This document shows, one piece after another, positions 1-8,452 of a stretch of DNA of 64,000 nt. The position numbers and the translations under genes were made by a program. Positions within the stretch are counted from its first letter, which is position 1. Each line of letters begins with the position of its first letter. The notes under the pieces are model-generated. The model was not told where the DNA came from. It did no database searches and worked only from the letters and a program-made list of their open reading frames with translations. Source of the stretch: an uncultured Fluviicola sp. (lineage in GTDB: Bacteria; Bacteroidota; Bacteroidia; Flavobacteriales_D; Crocinitomicaceae); the NCBI GenBank assembly GCA_963976995.1, contig CAXBMR010000008.1, positions 28,416-92,415 on the forward strand. The letters are read 5' to 3'.

Positions 1-829
1 CGTCAACAAAGACTTAAAGAATCAAAAAGAGCGTGGCGATTTTCTAACCAAAGAAGAAGTAATCACAGATCTTAAAAAATGTGGTATTGAAATAGGTGAT
101 ACGGTCTTAGTTCATGCTAGCATGAGTAAAATTGGACTATTAAAAGATGGACCTACGACATTTATAGATGCGATAATCGAATTAGTTGGAGTGGAAGGAA
201 ATGTACTCATGCCAAGTTCTCCCAATGCAAATCTTCAATTGGATTATATTCGAGCTTATCCTGTCTTTGATGTAACAAATTCTCCTTCAAAACTAGGAGC
301 AATTAGCGAAAAATTTAGAAAAATGGCTGGCGTTCAAAGAAGTTTAAATGCAACAGAACCTGTATGTGCTTTAGGAAAAGATGCAAATTACTTAACAGAA
401 GGACATTTTGGCGCAATTACTCCTTACGATACTAATTCTCCATTTGCAAGAATTACAGAGTTTAATGGGAAAATACTGTATATTGGAGTCACACTGGACA
501 ATGCTGGAACCAATTTGCACACTTTAGAAGATGCCGTAGATTTTGCTTATCCGGTTTACTATCCAGAAATATTTGATGTCGAAATTATTGACAGTAAGGG
601 AGAATCACATCACACTAGGACTAAAGTTCACAATCCCGAATGGTCCAAAAGGCGAAAATGTGACCAACTATTGTCCTTGTTTAAAGAACAGAATGTTTAC
701 GATGAATCTAAAATAGGTTCTGCTAGAACGTTGGTTTTTGATGCACAAAAAATGCTCACAGTTATGAAAACAGAATACCTGACAAAAGGTATTACGATGT
801 ACCATCCGAATGGCTACAAGGTAAGTTAA
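1..829 (+). CDS. AAC(3)-family (aminoglycoside 3-N-acetyltransferase-like) acetyltransferase; 5' end lies outside the window
   Basis: The frame of ORF 122..829 stays open to position 2 (..LTKEEVITDLKKCGIEIGDTVLVHASMSKIG..). The L..LG...GD.L.VH.S motif and the overall layout recall Antibiotic_NAT/AAC(3) proteins. Confidence 0.7.
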   Translation, partial: VNKDLKNQKERGDFLTKEEVITDLKKCGIEIGDTVLVHASMSKIGLLKDGPTTFIDAIIELVGVEGNVLMPSSPNANLQLDYIRAYPVFDVTNSPSKLGAISEKFRKMAGVQRSLNATEPVCALGKDANYLTEGHFGAITPYDTNSPFARITEFNGKILYIGVTLDNAGTNLHTLEDAVDFAYPVYYPEIFDVEIIDSKGESHHTRTKVHNPEWSKRRKCDQLLSLFKEQNVYDESKIGSARTLVFDAQKMLTVMKTEYLTKGITMYHPNGYKVS

Positions 830-865
830 ATCAAAAAAGATTAATTTAGCGAAGAATTACAAGAT

Positions 866-1591
866 ATGAAAAAAAAGAATGTATTGATAATAGGCGCATC
901 TGGAGGTCTGGGAATCCATATCGCCTCTTTCTTTAACCAGAAAGGATATCACCTTGCCTTACATTACAACAACAATGTTGGCTCTCTCGACAAAAGCTTT
1001 CAAGAGAATGAGCGAGTTCATTTTTTTCAAGCTGACATCCAATCTGAAGATGCAATCAGTAAAATGATGGGTGGAGTGATCTCAAAAATGGGGAAAATTG
1101 ACATTTTAATAAATGCAGCAGGTGTTTCAAAATCTGCAGTTTCGTGGAAAACCCCGCTAGATGATTGGAATGAAACAATCGCTATAAATTTAACTGGACC
1201 ATTTTTATGTATTAAGCATGTTATACCTTTTATGCGAGAGAATAATTATGGGAGAATCATTAATATATCATCTGTAGTTGCTCAAAGCGGTTTCCCTGGA
1301 ACAGTAGCTTATTCTGCATCAAAAGCAGGTTTGATTGGTATGGTCAAAACAATAGCCAAAGAAGTTGCTAGTAAGAATGTTACTGTAAACAACATTGCAC
1401 TCGGCTATTTTAATAAGGGTATGATTAACCAAATTCCTGAAAATTTACAAGAAGATATCAAAGAAACTATACCGAAGAAAGAGTTTGGTAAAATAAATGA
1501 GTTAACTAATTGTCTTGCATACTTATCCAGTGAAAATTCAGAATACTTAACTGGTCAAACCATCAACCTTAATGGTGGAATGTATGGGTGA
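866..1591 (+). CDS. Short-chain dehydrogenase/reductase, FabG-like
   Basis: Contains the GASGGLG Rossmann motif, NAAG, and the catalytic S...YSASK triad spacing. Confidence 0.85.
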   Translation: MKKKNVLIIGASGGLGIHIASFFNQKGYHLALHYNNNVGSLDKSFQENERVHFFQADIQSEDAISKMMGGVISKMGKIDILINAAGVSKSAVSWKTPLDDWNETIAINLTGPFLCIKHVIPFMRENNYGRIINISSVVAQSGFPGTVAYSASKAGLIGMVKTIAKEVASKNVTVNNIALGYFNKGMINQIPENLQEDIKETIPKKEFGKINELTNCLAYLSSENSEYLTGQTINLNGGMYG

Positions 1592-1674
1592 GAGCAATCT
1601 ACCCTATCTAAGAGTATAGCGAAGCGAAACGTTTCTAATTTTCTAACTTCTTATCTTTCTAACTTTCTAGCCCC

Positions 1675-2436
1675 TCACTGCGCAATAAACGTGTAAGTTA
1701 TTCTTCCTTCTTGAGATTTTGCATGATCAAAACTAAATCTTGACATTTTTGCATACTTAACAGCTTGCTTTATCATACAAGAATTAGCTCCTCTGCTTTG
1801 ATTGGCTTCATAAATCGCCGATATAACATTTCCATTTTGATTTACACGAATCATTACAGTCACAACTCCTGAAGAACCATAACCACACGTGTAACCCGGA
1901 TTTCTAACATACCAGTTGTTTTTCTTGTGAGCGTCCCTATTGGCTAAAACCCATTCTACCATTACGTTTCCTGCATACGTTTTATTTCCTGTTTCTTGCT
2001 TGCTCGATTGGTTATCGCTTTTTTGTTTTACCTCTTCTAACTTCCGTTGATCCATTTCAGTTCGAATTTCCGCACGTGTCTTTTCTCCTCCAGCTTCTTC
2101 ATACATTTGTTGTTCTAACTTTCTGTATTCTTCAGCAACTGATTCGTCAGACGCATTTTGATAATACTCTTCGTAGGACTTTTCACGGGTATCATTTGCA
2201 TCTCGAGATATATTTTTAACATCTTGGGACATGTCATTAGGAAGCATTATATTCTCAGGTTTCAATTGAATTTCTTCATCAGGAATTTCGACATAAGATC
2301 CATCATAAAAAGGCTCGTAAGGAATGTACTGTGAATAGGATTGAAGTTGCAAATAAATAAATATGAGGATGTAAGTTCCGAGGACTGCTAACAACCCGAA
2401 CTTATATTTGTCCAGCATATCTAAAAAATTATTCAC
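1675..2436 (-). CDS. Membrane-anchored protein with a TonB-C-terminal-like domain
   Basis: Has an N-terminal TM helix, an acidic/lysine-rich linker, and a C-terminal GVVTVMIRVNQNGNVISA...AVKYAKMSRFSF segment resembling the TonB_C fold. It overlaps the upstream WG-repeat gene by 8 nt. Confidence 0.5.
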   Translation of the reverse strand: MNNFLDMLDKYKFGLLAVLGTYILIFIYLQLQSYSQYIPYEPFYDGSYVEIPDEEIQLKPENIMLPNDMSQDVKNISRDANDTREKSYEEYYQNASDESVAEEYRKLEQQMYEEAGGEKTRAEIRTEMDQRKLEEVKQKSDNQSSKQETGNKTYAGNVMVEWVLANRDAHKKNNWYVRNPGYTCGYGSSGVVTVMIRVNQNGNVISAIYEANQSRGANSCMIKQAVKYAKMSRFSFDHAKSQEGRITYTFIAQ

Positions 2437-4546
2437 TTCTTTCTTTTAATTTTACCACCTTTTTTCTCTCTAAATCATAGTAATCAATTATCATATCACC
2501 CTTTAAAGATACAAAACGCTTACTTAAATAACTAATTGTCTTGTACTCAAAATTGGACACAAAGTTACTGTCAACAAAAAGAGCATAATTCTCTCCATTA
2601 GAAACAGCATAGGAATTCTCAGTTAAATAATCGATTGATTTGTACGAATTATCCAAAAGAACATTGCCGTTCACATCTATTAAACCAATAGAATCTTCTA
2701 ATTTAGTTATGGCCCTGTTGTCATTCACAATATCTAACGCATCGTATTTTGGAGAAACGAGAATCTTATTAGAAAGACTCATTAGACCCCAATACTCTTC
2801 TTTTTCATAGGGAATGAATTTTGTCCCACTTCCGATGTTTTCGTACTCTATTTCTGTTACAACATCTCCTGAAGTGTTGATTCTTCCATACTTACCATCT
2901 TTTGCGATAATAGCAGCTCCGTATGTGAAATCGCCTTTCAATTTATAATTTGGGTAGGTTTCATAGAAATTCGATAGTATAACTTCACCCCTTTCATCAA
3001 TGTATTTTACTGTATCAGAAATGGAAACCAGCGCAATATTGTCGCTAAAGTCACCAATGTAATTGTATGAAACATTTAGAATTGTATCACCGGTGATTGA
3101 AACTATCCCAAATTGTTCATTTTCGGAAAATGACAGCAAAGAATCACTGATCCAGTTGAGTTGATTGTATAAAGGCGGAAGCAAAAAAGCTCCCATTCTG
3201 TCAATCACACCAACGCCTGTTTCAGTTTCGACAATGGCATGGTTATTTTCAAAATCAGAAGCACTTATCAACGATTCCGTAAACAACTGTAAGCCATTGT
3301 AATTCGCATAAAAATACTCTTCATCAATCGAGGCGTAAATAAAACCTTCCGATAATTCTCCAATATCATTGTATTTACAGGGCATTATCACTTTACCCTT
3401 TCTGTCTATCAATCCAAATAAGTCATCATTTTCAACAATAAAAAGTCCTTGAACAATAGCTGAAACGCCATCATACTTTGGTGCAATCCTGATATTTCCC
3501 TTTTTATCAATAAATCCAACCTTATCGTTCTCAGCAAATGAGGACAAGCCTTCATTAAATCCTTCAACAAACTGAAATTTTGCGTCAATGATAATTTGAC
3601 CATCTTCATTCATGAATCCATACTTTCCATTCTTCATGAATGGCAGAAATACTGAGTTGTATAAGGCTATATCGAAATCAACTTCATCCATATTCAACGC
3701 TTGCGGGTAGGTCTTTTTAAATTCAACCATTCTTCCTTTAGAATAATCGAATAAATACACTTGATAAAACTGTTTCCAACCTTCTTCTATAAAAGTATTT
3801 TGAGAATAATTAAGGACAAAATCTTTGAAAGCATCTTCTGTATTACTTTCGGTGACCATCTTAAAAATAACCGCATCAGCTTCCTTGCGTTGAGGGCTTT
3901 CTGGATGCGAAGCAACAAAATTTGTGAATGATTCTAACGTTCCATCACCAGTTAATTCTAAAAATTGAGAATTGTGGTAATTTTCCAATGCTAATTCTCC
4001 AAATTCACTTTCAGGATATGCTTCAACAAATTTTCGATAGGAATTTGCGTCATTGTTCGCTACAGCTTGAAAAAAAGCCAATGAATCTCGTGAGTAAATA
4101 GCTCGTTCATATTCTCTCGACCATGGATGTCTTTGAATGAACTTTGAATATGATAAAACTGAGTTATTTTCCCTTGCAATCTTAAAAAAAGAAGTGCTAA
4201 CAATTAATTTAAGTGAGTCTATACTCTTGCTTGACCAACCATAAATTTGCCATTTCTGCTTTTTTCTATCTGCAGAATCGTTATAGGTGGAATCTGCAAA
4301 AAGTATATATCGATAAGCCGAATCAAGATCAAAAAACGGATTATCGTCACGAGAGTATATGATTGCTAATCCATAAGCAGAGGGAGAGTTGTTATACTTA
4401 AGTCCTTTTGTAAAGTGTTTTTTTGCACTAAAATAATCTTTTACCTCAAGTGCCACATACCCTTTTTTCACTCTTGATGCGGAGGCATTGCTAACATTGA
4501 ATATTGCAACCAAGATGAATAACAAGAAGATGCGTAAACAATTCAT
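2429..4546 (-). CDS. WG-repeat (KWG) containing protein with N-terminal TPR-like region and signal peptide
   Basis: Carries many repeats of the type GKYGFMNEDGQIIIDAKF / KVGFIDKKGNIRIAPKYD / LFGLIDRKGKVIMPCKY. The start was moved to MNCLRIFLL (4546) because the rpmE terminator hairpin lies inside the 4547-4621 extension. Confidence 0.7.
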   Translation of the reverse strand: MNCLRIFLLFILVAIFNVSNASASRVKKGYVALEVKDYFSAKKHFTKGLKYNNSPSAYGLAIIYSRDDNPFFDLDSAYRYILFADSTYNDSADRKKQKWQIYGWSSKSIDSLKLIVSTSFFKIARENNSVLSYSKFIQRHPWSREYERAIYSRDSLAFFQAVANNDANSYRKFVEAYPESEFGELALENYHNSQFLELTGDGTLESFTNFVASHPESPQRKEADAVIFKMVTESNTEDAFKDFVLNYSQNTFIEEGWKQFYQVYLFDYSKGRMVEFKKTYPQALNMDEVDFDIALYNSVFLPFMKNGKYGFMNEDGQIIIDAKFQFVEGFNEGLSSFAENDKVGFIDKKGNIRIAPKYDGVSAIVQGLFIVENDDLFGLIDRKGKVIMPCKYNDIGELSEGFIYASIDEEYFYANYNGLQLFTESLISASDFENNHAIVETETGVGVIDRMGAFLLPPLYNQLNWISDSLLSFSENEQFGIVSITGDTILNVSYNYIGDFSDNIALVSISDTVKYIDERGEVILSNFYETYPNYKLKGDFTYGAAIIAKDGKYGRINTSGDVVTEIEYENIGSGTKFIPYEKEEYWGLMSLSNKILVSPKYDALDIVNDNRAITKLEDSIGLIDVNGNVLLDNSYKSIDYLTENSYAVSNGENYALFVDSNFVSNFEYKTISYLSKRFVSLKGDMIIDYYDLERKKVVKLKERSE

Positions 4547-4603
4547 GGTATAAAGATAATTCTTGAATAGTATAGGGCAAATATTGCGCCGATATTTTTT
4601 AGC

Positions 4604-4634
4604 AAAAAAAAACCGTCCCAAATTGGAACGGTTT
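4604..4634 (-). terminator. Rho-independent terminator downstream of rpmE
   Basis: The minus strand reads aaaccgttcc-aattt-gggacggttt, a 10-bp stem with one G-U pair, followed by a run of 9 T. Confidence 0.6.
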
Positions 4635-4653
4635 CAAATATGCTAAATACTGA

Positions 4654-4911
4654 TTATTTCTTACTACGTTTAGAGTAACGTGTGTTAAATTTATCAATAC
4701 GACCTGCAGTATCCACAAACTGAGTTACACCAGTAAAAAATGGGTGCGACTTGTGCGAGATATCAAGCTTAATTAAAGGGTAATCGTTTCCATCTTCCCA
4801 TTTAATTGTTTCTGTTGAATCTGCGCATGATGGGCAAACAAATGCGTAATCGTTAGTCATGTCTTTAAAAACAACTAATCTATAATCTTCTGGGTGTATA
4901 TCTTTTCTCAT
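4654..4911 (-). CDS. rpmE: 50S ribosomal protein L31, type B
   Basis: MRKDIHP...WEDGNDYPLIKLDISHKSHPFFTG matches the type-B L31 signature. Confidence 0.9.
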   Translation of the reverse strand: MRKDIHPEDYRLVVFKDMTNDYAFVCPSCADSTETIKWEDGNDYPLIKLDISHKSHPFFTGVTQFVDTAGRIDKFNTRYSKRSKK

Positions 4912-4952
4912 TACTGTTCAATAATATTTCTAATTCTCCTAAATAAGGAGTG

Positions 4953-4960
4953 CAAAGATA
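4953..4960 (-). promoter_or_regulatory. Candidate Bacteroidota -7 box (TATCTTTG) for rpmE
   Basis: The reverse complement of caaagata is TAtcTTTG, about 42 nt upstream of the ATG. No clear -33 TTG was found. Confidence 0.3.
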
Positions 4961-5058
4961 ACTATTTATTTTAAAACCTTCTAAAAAAAGTAACTAATCT
5001 TCTAAATTATCTCTCAATTTTACTCGTTTTCTCTTATCAAGCAAAATTTAGGTATTAA

Positions 5059-5310
5059 TTACGCCATTTTTGCGTTGACTTCCATCCAGCCACCGCCGTT
5101 TTCACAATCTAGACCTTTTGACTTAAAAAATTGGGTTGCTTGACCACTTCTTGCTCCACTTAAACAGCAAAACAATACAGGTTGTTTCATCTGCATTATT
5201 TCTGCTTCTCTTTCTACTACTTCTTGCAAAGGAATATTAATTGAACCAGCAACATTTCCTCCCATGAATTCTTCCTGGGTTCTTACATCGACAATTGTAT
5301 AATCTTTCAT
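5059..5310 (-). CDS. Rhodanese-like domain protein
   Basis: MKDYTIVDVRTQEEF...CCLSGARSGQA shows the rhodanese active-site loop C-x4-R. The start was moved to MKDY (5310), which removes the overlap with the upstream gene. Confidence 0.7.
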   Translation of the reverse strand: MKDYTIVDVRTQEEFMGGNVAGSINIPLQEVVEREAEIMQMKQPVLFCCLSGARSGQATQFFKSKGLDCENGGGWMEVNAKMA

Positions 5311-5386
5311 CTGGTATTTTATTTGGTTATTGTTGTACAAAGGTATGAAGAAGTTTTGGGTTGGTTTGTAGCATAGGTTACAGAAA

Positions 5387-6076
5387 TCATTTGCACTCCC
5401 TTTCAAAAAACTTCCACAGCGGTTCCTCTGGCACAGGAGCCGTTACTTTTATCTCCTCTTTTGTAGTTGGGTGAATAAACGACAACTTTCTTGCATGCAA
5501 ATGTATCGACGCATCTTTGTTGGAACGTCTAGCTCCATACTTCACATCGCCTTTAATGATGCAACCTATTGTTCCTAATTGGCATCGTATCTGATGATGC
5601 CTTCCGGTTTCTAATTCTATTTCTAATAAGTGATATTTGTCAGAGGATGCTATTAACTTATACGAAAGAATCGCTTTTTTTGATCCTGGCTTTTCCGTTT
5701 CAGAAGCATATGATTTATTTTGTTTTTCATTTTTCTTTAAAAAGTGAATCAACTTTCCTTCTTTCTTTGGAGGTTTTGACTCAACTACTGCCCAATAGAC
5801 TTTTTTGGTCGTATTCTCTCTAAATTGTTCATTTAAACGTGACAAAGCTTTGCTTGTTCTACCAAAAACAATTGCTCCGCTTGTTGGTCTGTCTAACCGA
5901 TGCACCACTCCACAAAAAACATTACCTGGCTTGTTAAATTCTCTCTTTAGAAAAGTTTTTACTTTATCAACTAATGGTTCATCACCGGTCTTATCGCCTT
6001 GCACGATGTCGGAAGAACGTTTGTTGATTACGATGGTGTGGTTATCGAGGTGGAGGATTTGAAGTTTATGATTCAT
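5387..6076 (-). CDS. RluA-family pseudouridine synthase
   Basis: Contains the HRLDRPTSG catalytic-Asp motif and GRHHQIRCQL. Confidence 0.85.
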   Translation of the reverse strand: MNHKLQILHLDNHTIVINKRSSDIVQGDKTGDEPLVDKVKTFLKREFNKPGNVFCGVVHRLDRPTSGAIVFGRTSKALSRLNEQFRENTTKKVYWAVVESKPPKKEGKLIHFLKKNEKQNKSYASETEKPGSKKAILSYKLIASSDKYHLLEIELETGRHHQIRCQLGTIGCIIKGDVKYGARRSNKDASIHLHARKLSFIHPTTKEEIKVTAPVPEEPLWKFFERECK

Positions 6077-6090
6077 TTATCTGGTATTCG

Positions 6091-6262
6091 TCCTCCCCCT
6101 TAATCCCCCTCCAAAGGGGGAAAGAAATAGATACTTGTTTATTCATTTATCTTTTATCATTCAATCTTATTTCAAAAGAAACGATGTAGATGTTTCTCGA
6201 TGCGTTTGCCTAAAACATTGGTAAATAGAACTCCCCCTTTGGAGGGGGATTAAGGGGGAGGA
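6091..6262. repeat. GC-rich perfect 31-bp inverted repeat pair separated by 110 bp (MITE/REP-like palindromic element or long hairpin)
   Basis: The sequence at 6091-6121, tcctcccccttaatccccctccaaaggggga, equals the reverse complement of 6232-6262. This was checked by hand. Confidence 0.8.
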
Positions 6263-6287
6263 TATTTATCCATCTAGAATTCAAAAC

Positions 6288-7103
6288 CTAATACTGTTCA
6301 CTTTCATTTGGAAAATCTCCCGACTTAACATCTTCTATATATCGCTCAAATGAATTGTGCATTTCTTCATACAAATTATGGTATTTTCTCAAAAAACGAG
6401 GATTAAATTCGTTATTGATACCTAGCATATCATGCACAACTAATACTTGACCATCTACTCCACCACCTGCTCCAATACCGATAATTGGTATTCTCACTTC
6501 TTTCGCAACCTTCTCAGCTAATGCTGCTGGAATTTTCTCTAACACAATGGCAAAGCATCCTGCCTCTTCTAGGAGTTTAGCATCTGAAATCAAACGTTCT
6601 GCCTCATCATCTTCTTTCGCTCGAACAACGTAAGTCCCGAACTTATATATGGATTGAGGAGTTAAGCCTAGATGTCCCATCACTGGAATACCTGCTGTAA
6701 GAATACGCGTAATTGATTCGATAATCTCTTCACCACCCTCCATTTTTATCGCATGACCTCCAGATTCTTTCATTATTCGAATAGCACTTGATAAAGCTTC
6801 GATAGAATTTCCTTGGTACGAACCAAAAGGCATATCCACGACTACTAGAGATCTTTCAACTGCTCTCACCACTGAAGAAGCATGATAAATCATTTCATCC
6901 AATGTAATAGGAAGTGTAGTTTCATGACCCGCCATAACGTTTGAGGCAGAATCTCCCACTAAGATTATATCAATTCCGGCAGAATCAATAATCTTCGCCA
7001 TCGAGAAGTCGTAACCAGTGAGCATACTGATTTTCTCTCCCTCGTCCTTCATTTTCTGAAGAACATGAGTTGTAACCTTCTTAACCTCTTTGTGAATTGA
7101 CAT
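6288..7103 (-). CDS. panB: 3-methyl-2-oxobutanoate hydroxymethyltransferase
   Basis: Full-length similarity to PanB (LTGYDFSMA..., VGDS..., GHLGLTPQS). Confidence 0.95.
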   Translation of the reverse strand: MSIHKEVKKVTTHVLQKMKDEGEKISMLTGYDFSMAKIIDSAGIDIILVGDSASNVMAGHETTLPITLDEMIYHASSVVRAVERSLVVVDMPFGSYQGNSIEALSSAIRIMKESGGHAIKMEGGEEIIESITRILTAGIPVMGHLGLTPQSIYKFGTYVVRAKEDDEAERLISDAKLLEEAGCFAIVLEKIPAALAEKVAKEVRIPIIGIGAGGGVDGQVLVVHDMLGINNEFNPRFLRKYHNLYEEMHNSFERYIEDVKSGDFPNESEQY

Positions 7104-7289
7104 TTCTTCTTAATTTTTGGTCAAATTTAAGGAATTCTTGTGCAAAATGGACAAGAACATTTTTTAATTCTCTTTTGATCGAATAAAATAGTGTAATTTT
7201 GTCAAAAAAAGTTTCGAATAGATGACTATATCAGAAAATATTCGTAATATTGCACCCCGATTTAAGCGGAAAATTAGAAATTATACGAC

Positions 7290-7646
7290 ATGGATTATAT
7301 TAAAGAGATTGAAAACGAGTTAATTGAGAAAAATGATCTTCCATCTTTTAAGGCTGGAGATACAATTAACGTTTCGTACAAAATTAAGGAAGGAAGTAAA
7401 GAACGTATTCAGCAATTCCAAGGTGTTGTTTTACAACGTAGAGGTGAAAACACTGGAACTTTTACCGTTCGTAAAATGTCAGGAAATATTGGTGTAGAGC
7501 GTATCTTCCCTATTTCTTCTCCATTTATTGAAAGCATTAAGATAACGAAAAGTGGTCAAGTTCGTAGAGCTCGTATCTTTTACTTTAGAGAGAGAACTGG
7601 TAAATCAGCTCGTATCAAAGAAAAAAGAAGATCTGTTACTAAATAA
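7290..7646 (+). CDS. rplS: 50S ribosomal protein L19
   Basis: Shows the L19 pattern [24 protein letters not shown]... Confidence 0.95.
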   Translation: MDYIKEIENELIEKNDLPSFKAGDTINVSYKIKEGSKERIQQFQGVVLQRRGENTGTFTVRKMSGNIGVERIFPISSPFIESIKITKSGQVRRARIFYFRERTGKSARIKEKRRSVTK

Positions 7647-7673
7647 TAACAAACTCTTTTTATCAAAATATGT

Positions 7674-7706
7674 AAAGCCTTTTCAAGTTCGAAAAGGCTT
7701 TTTTTG
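7674..7706 (+). terminator. Rho-independent terminator after rplS
   Basis: aaagccttttc-aagttc-gaaaaggcttt forms an 11-bp stem followed by a T-run. Confidence 0.65.
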
Positions 7707-7732
7707 TACCTTCATTCTATTAAACTAAACCA

Positions 7733-8452
7733 GTGTCAAAAAAAAAGAAGCGCTCAGCTTGGAAATTATTATTCACTCTAATTATTACTTTTGGAATAGC
7801 AACTGGAGGACTTTATATCTGGCGAAAAGTTAATAAAAAACCTTCACCCACACATTTTGTAAAGTTACCTGCTGGATTTAACAGTTATGGTATTGACGTT
7901 TCACATCACCAACAGAAAATTGATTGGGACACGGTTTTTGAAAGTTCAGATTCTCTTATTTCTTTCGTTTATTGCAAGGCAACGGAAGGAGTAAATCACA
8001 TCGATTCTCAATGGGAAAGAAATCGACGTATTCTAGTAGAGAAAAATATTGCAAACGGCGCTTATCATTTCTTTCTACCTAAAAAATCGGCAAAACAACA
8101 AGCTATTCATTTTCTGAGTCAATATGAAATTAAAAAAAATGACCTTCCTCCAGTTTTGGATGCAGAATTAGAAGGCAATAGTAATCAACAATTGATTTCT
8201 CAAATGAAAATTTGGTTGAATTATGTTGAAACAAATACGGGAAGAAGACCAATCATTTATACTTCTTATAATTTGTATTCTGATCTTTTAAAAGATGCTT
8301 TTAGCGGACACAAGTTTTGGGTGGCTAATTACAACACCATAGAATCTCGCTTTCAAGATGACGAAATTATTCATTGGCAATACAGTGATAATGGAAAAGT
8401 GAATGGTATAAAAAATCGAGTTGATTTAAACTTCTCAAAAATTGAATTTTAA
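7733..8452 (+). CDS. Glycoside hydrolase family 25 muramidase (lysozyme) with N-terminal membrane anchor; GTG start
   Basis: GIDVSHHQQKIDWDTV, KATEG, DAELEG and VDLNF are typical of GH25. There is a TM helix at residues 10-30. Confidence 0.8.
   Translation: MSKKKKRSAWKLLFTLIITFGIATGGLYIWRKVNKKPSPTHFVKLPAGFNSYGIDVSHHQQKIDWDTVFESSDSLISFVYCKATEGVNHIDSQWERNRRILVEKNIANGAYHFFLPKKSAKQQAIHFLSQYEIKKNDLPPVLDAELEGNSNQQLISQMKIWLNYVETNTGRRPIIYTSYNLYSDLLKDAFSGHKFWVANYNTIESRFQDDEIIHWQYSDNGKVNGIKNRVDLNFSKIEF

Noticed and set aside
4547-4621. A 25-codon N-terminal extension of the WG-repeat ORF (MGRFFFAKKY...).
   Set aside because: The extension contains the rpmE rho-independent terminator hairpin and T-run. 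The downstream Met gives a normal signal peptide.
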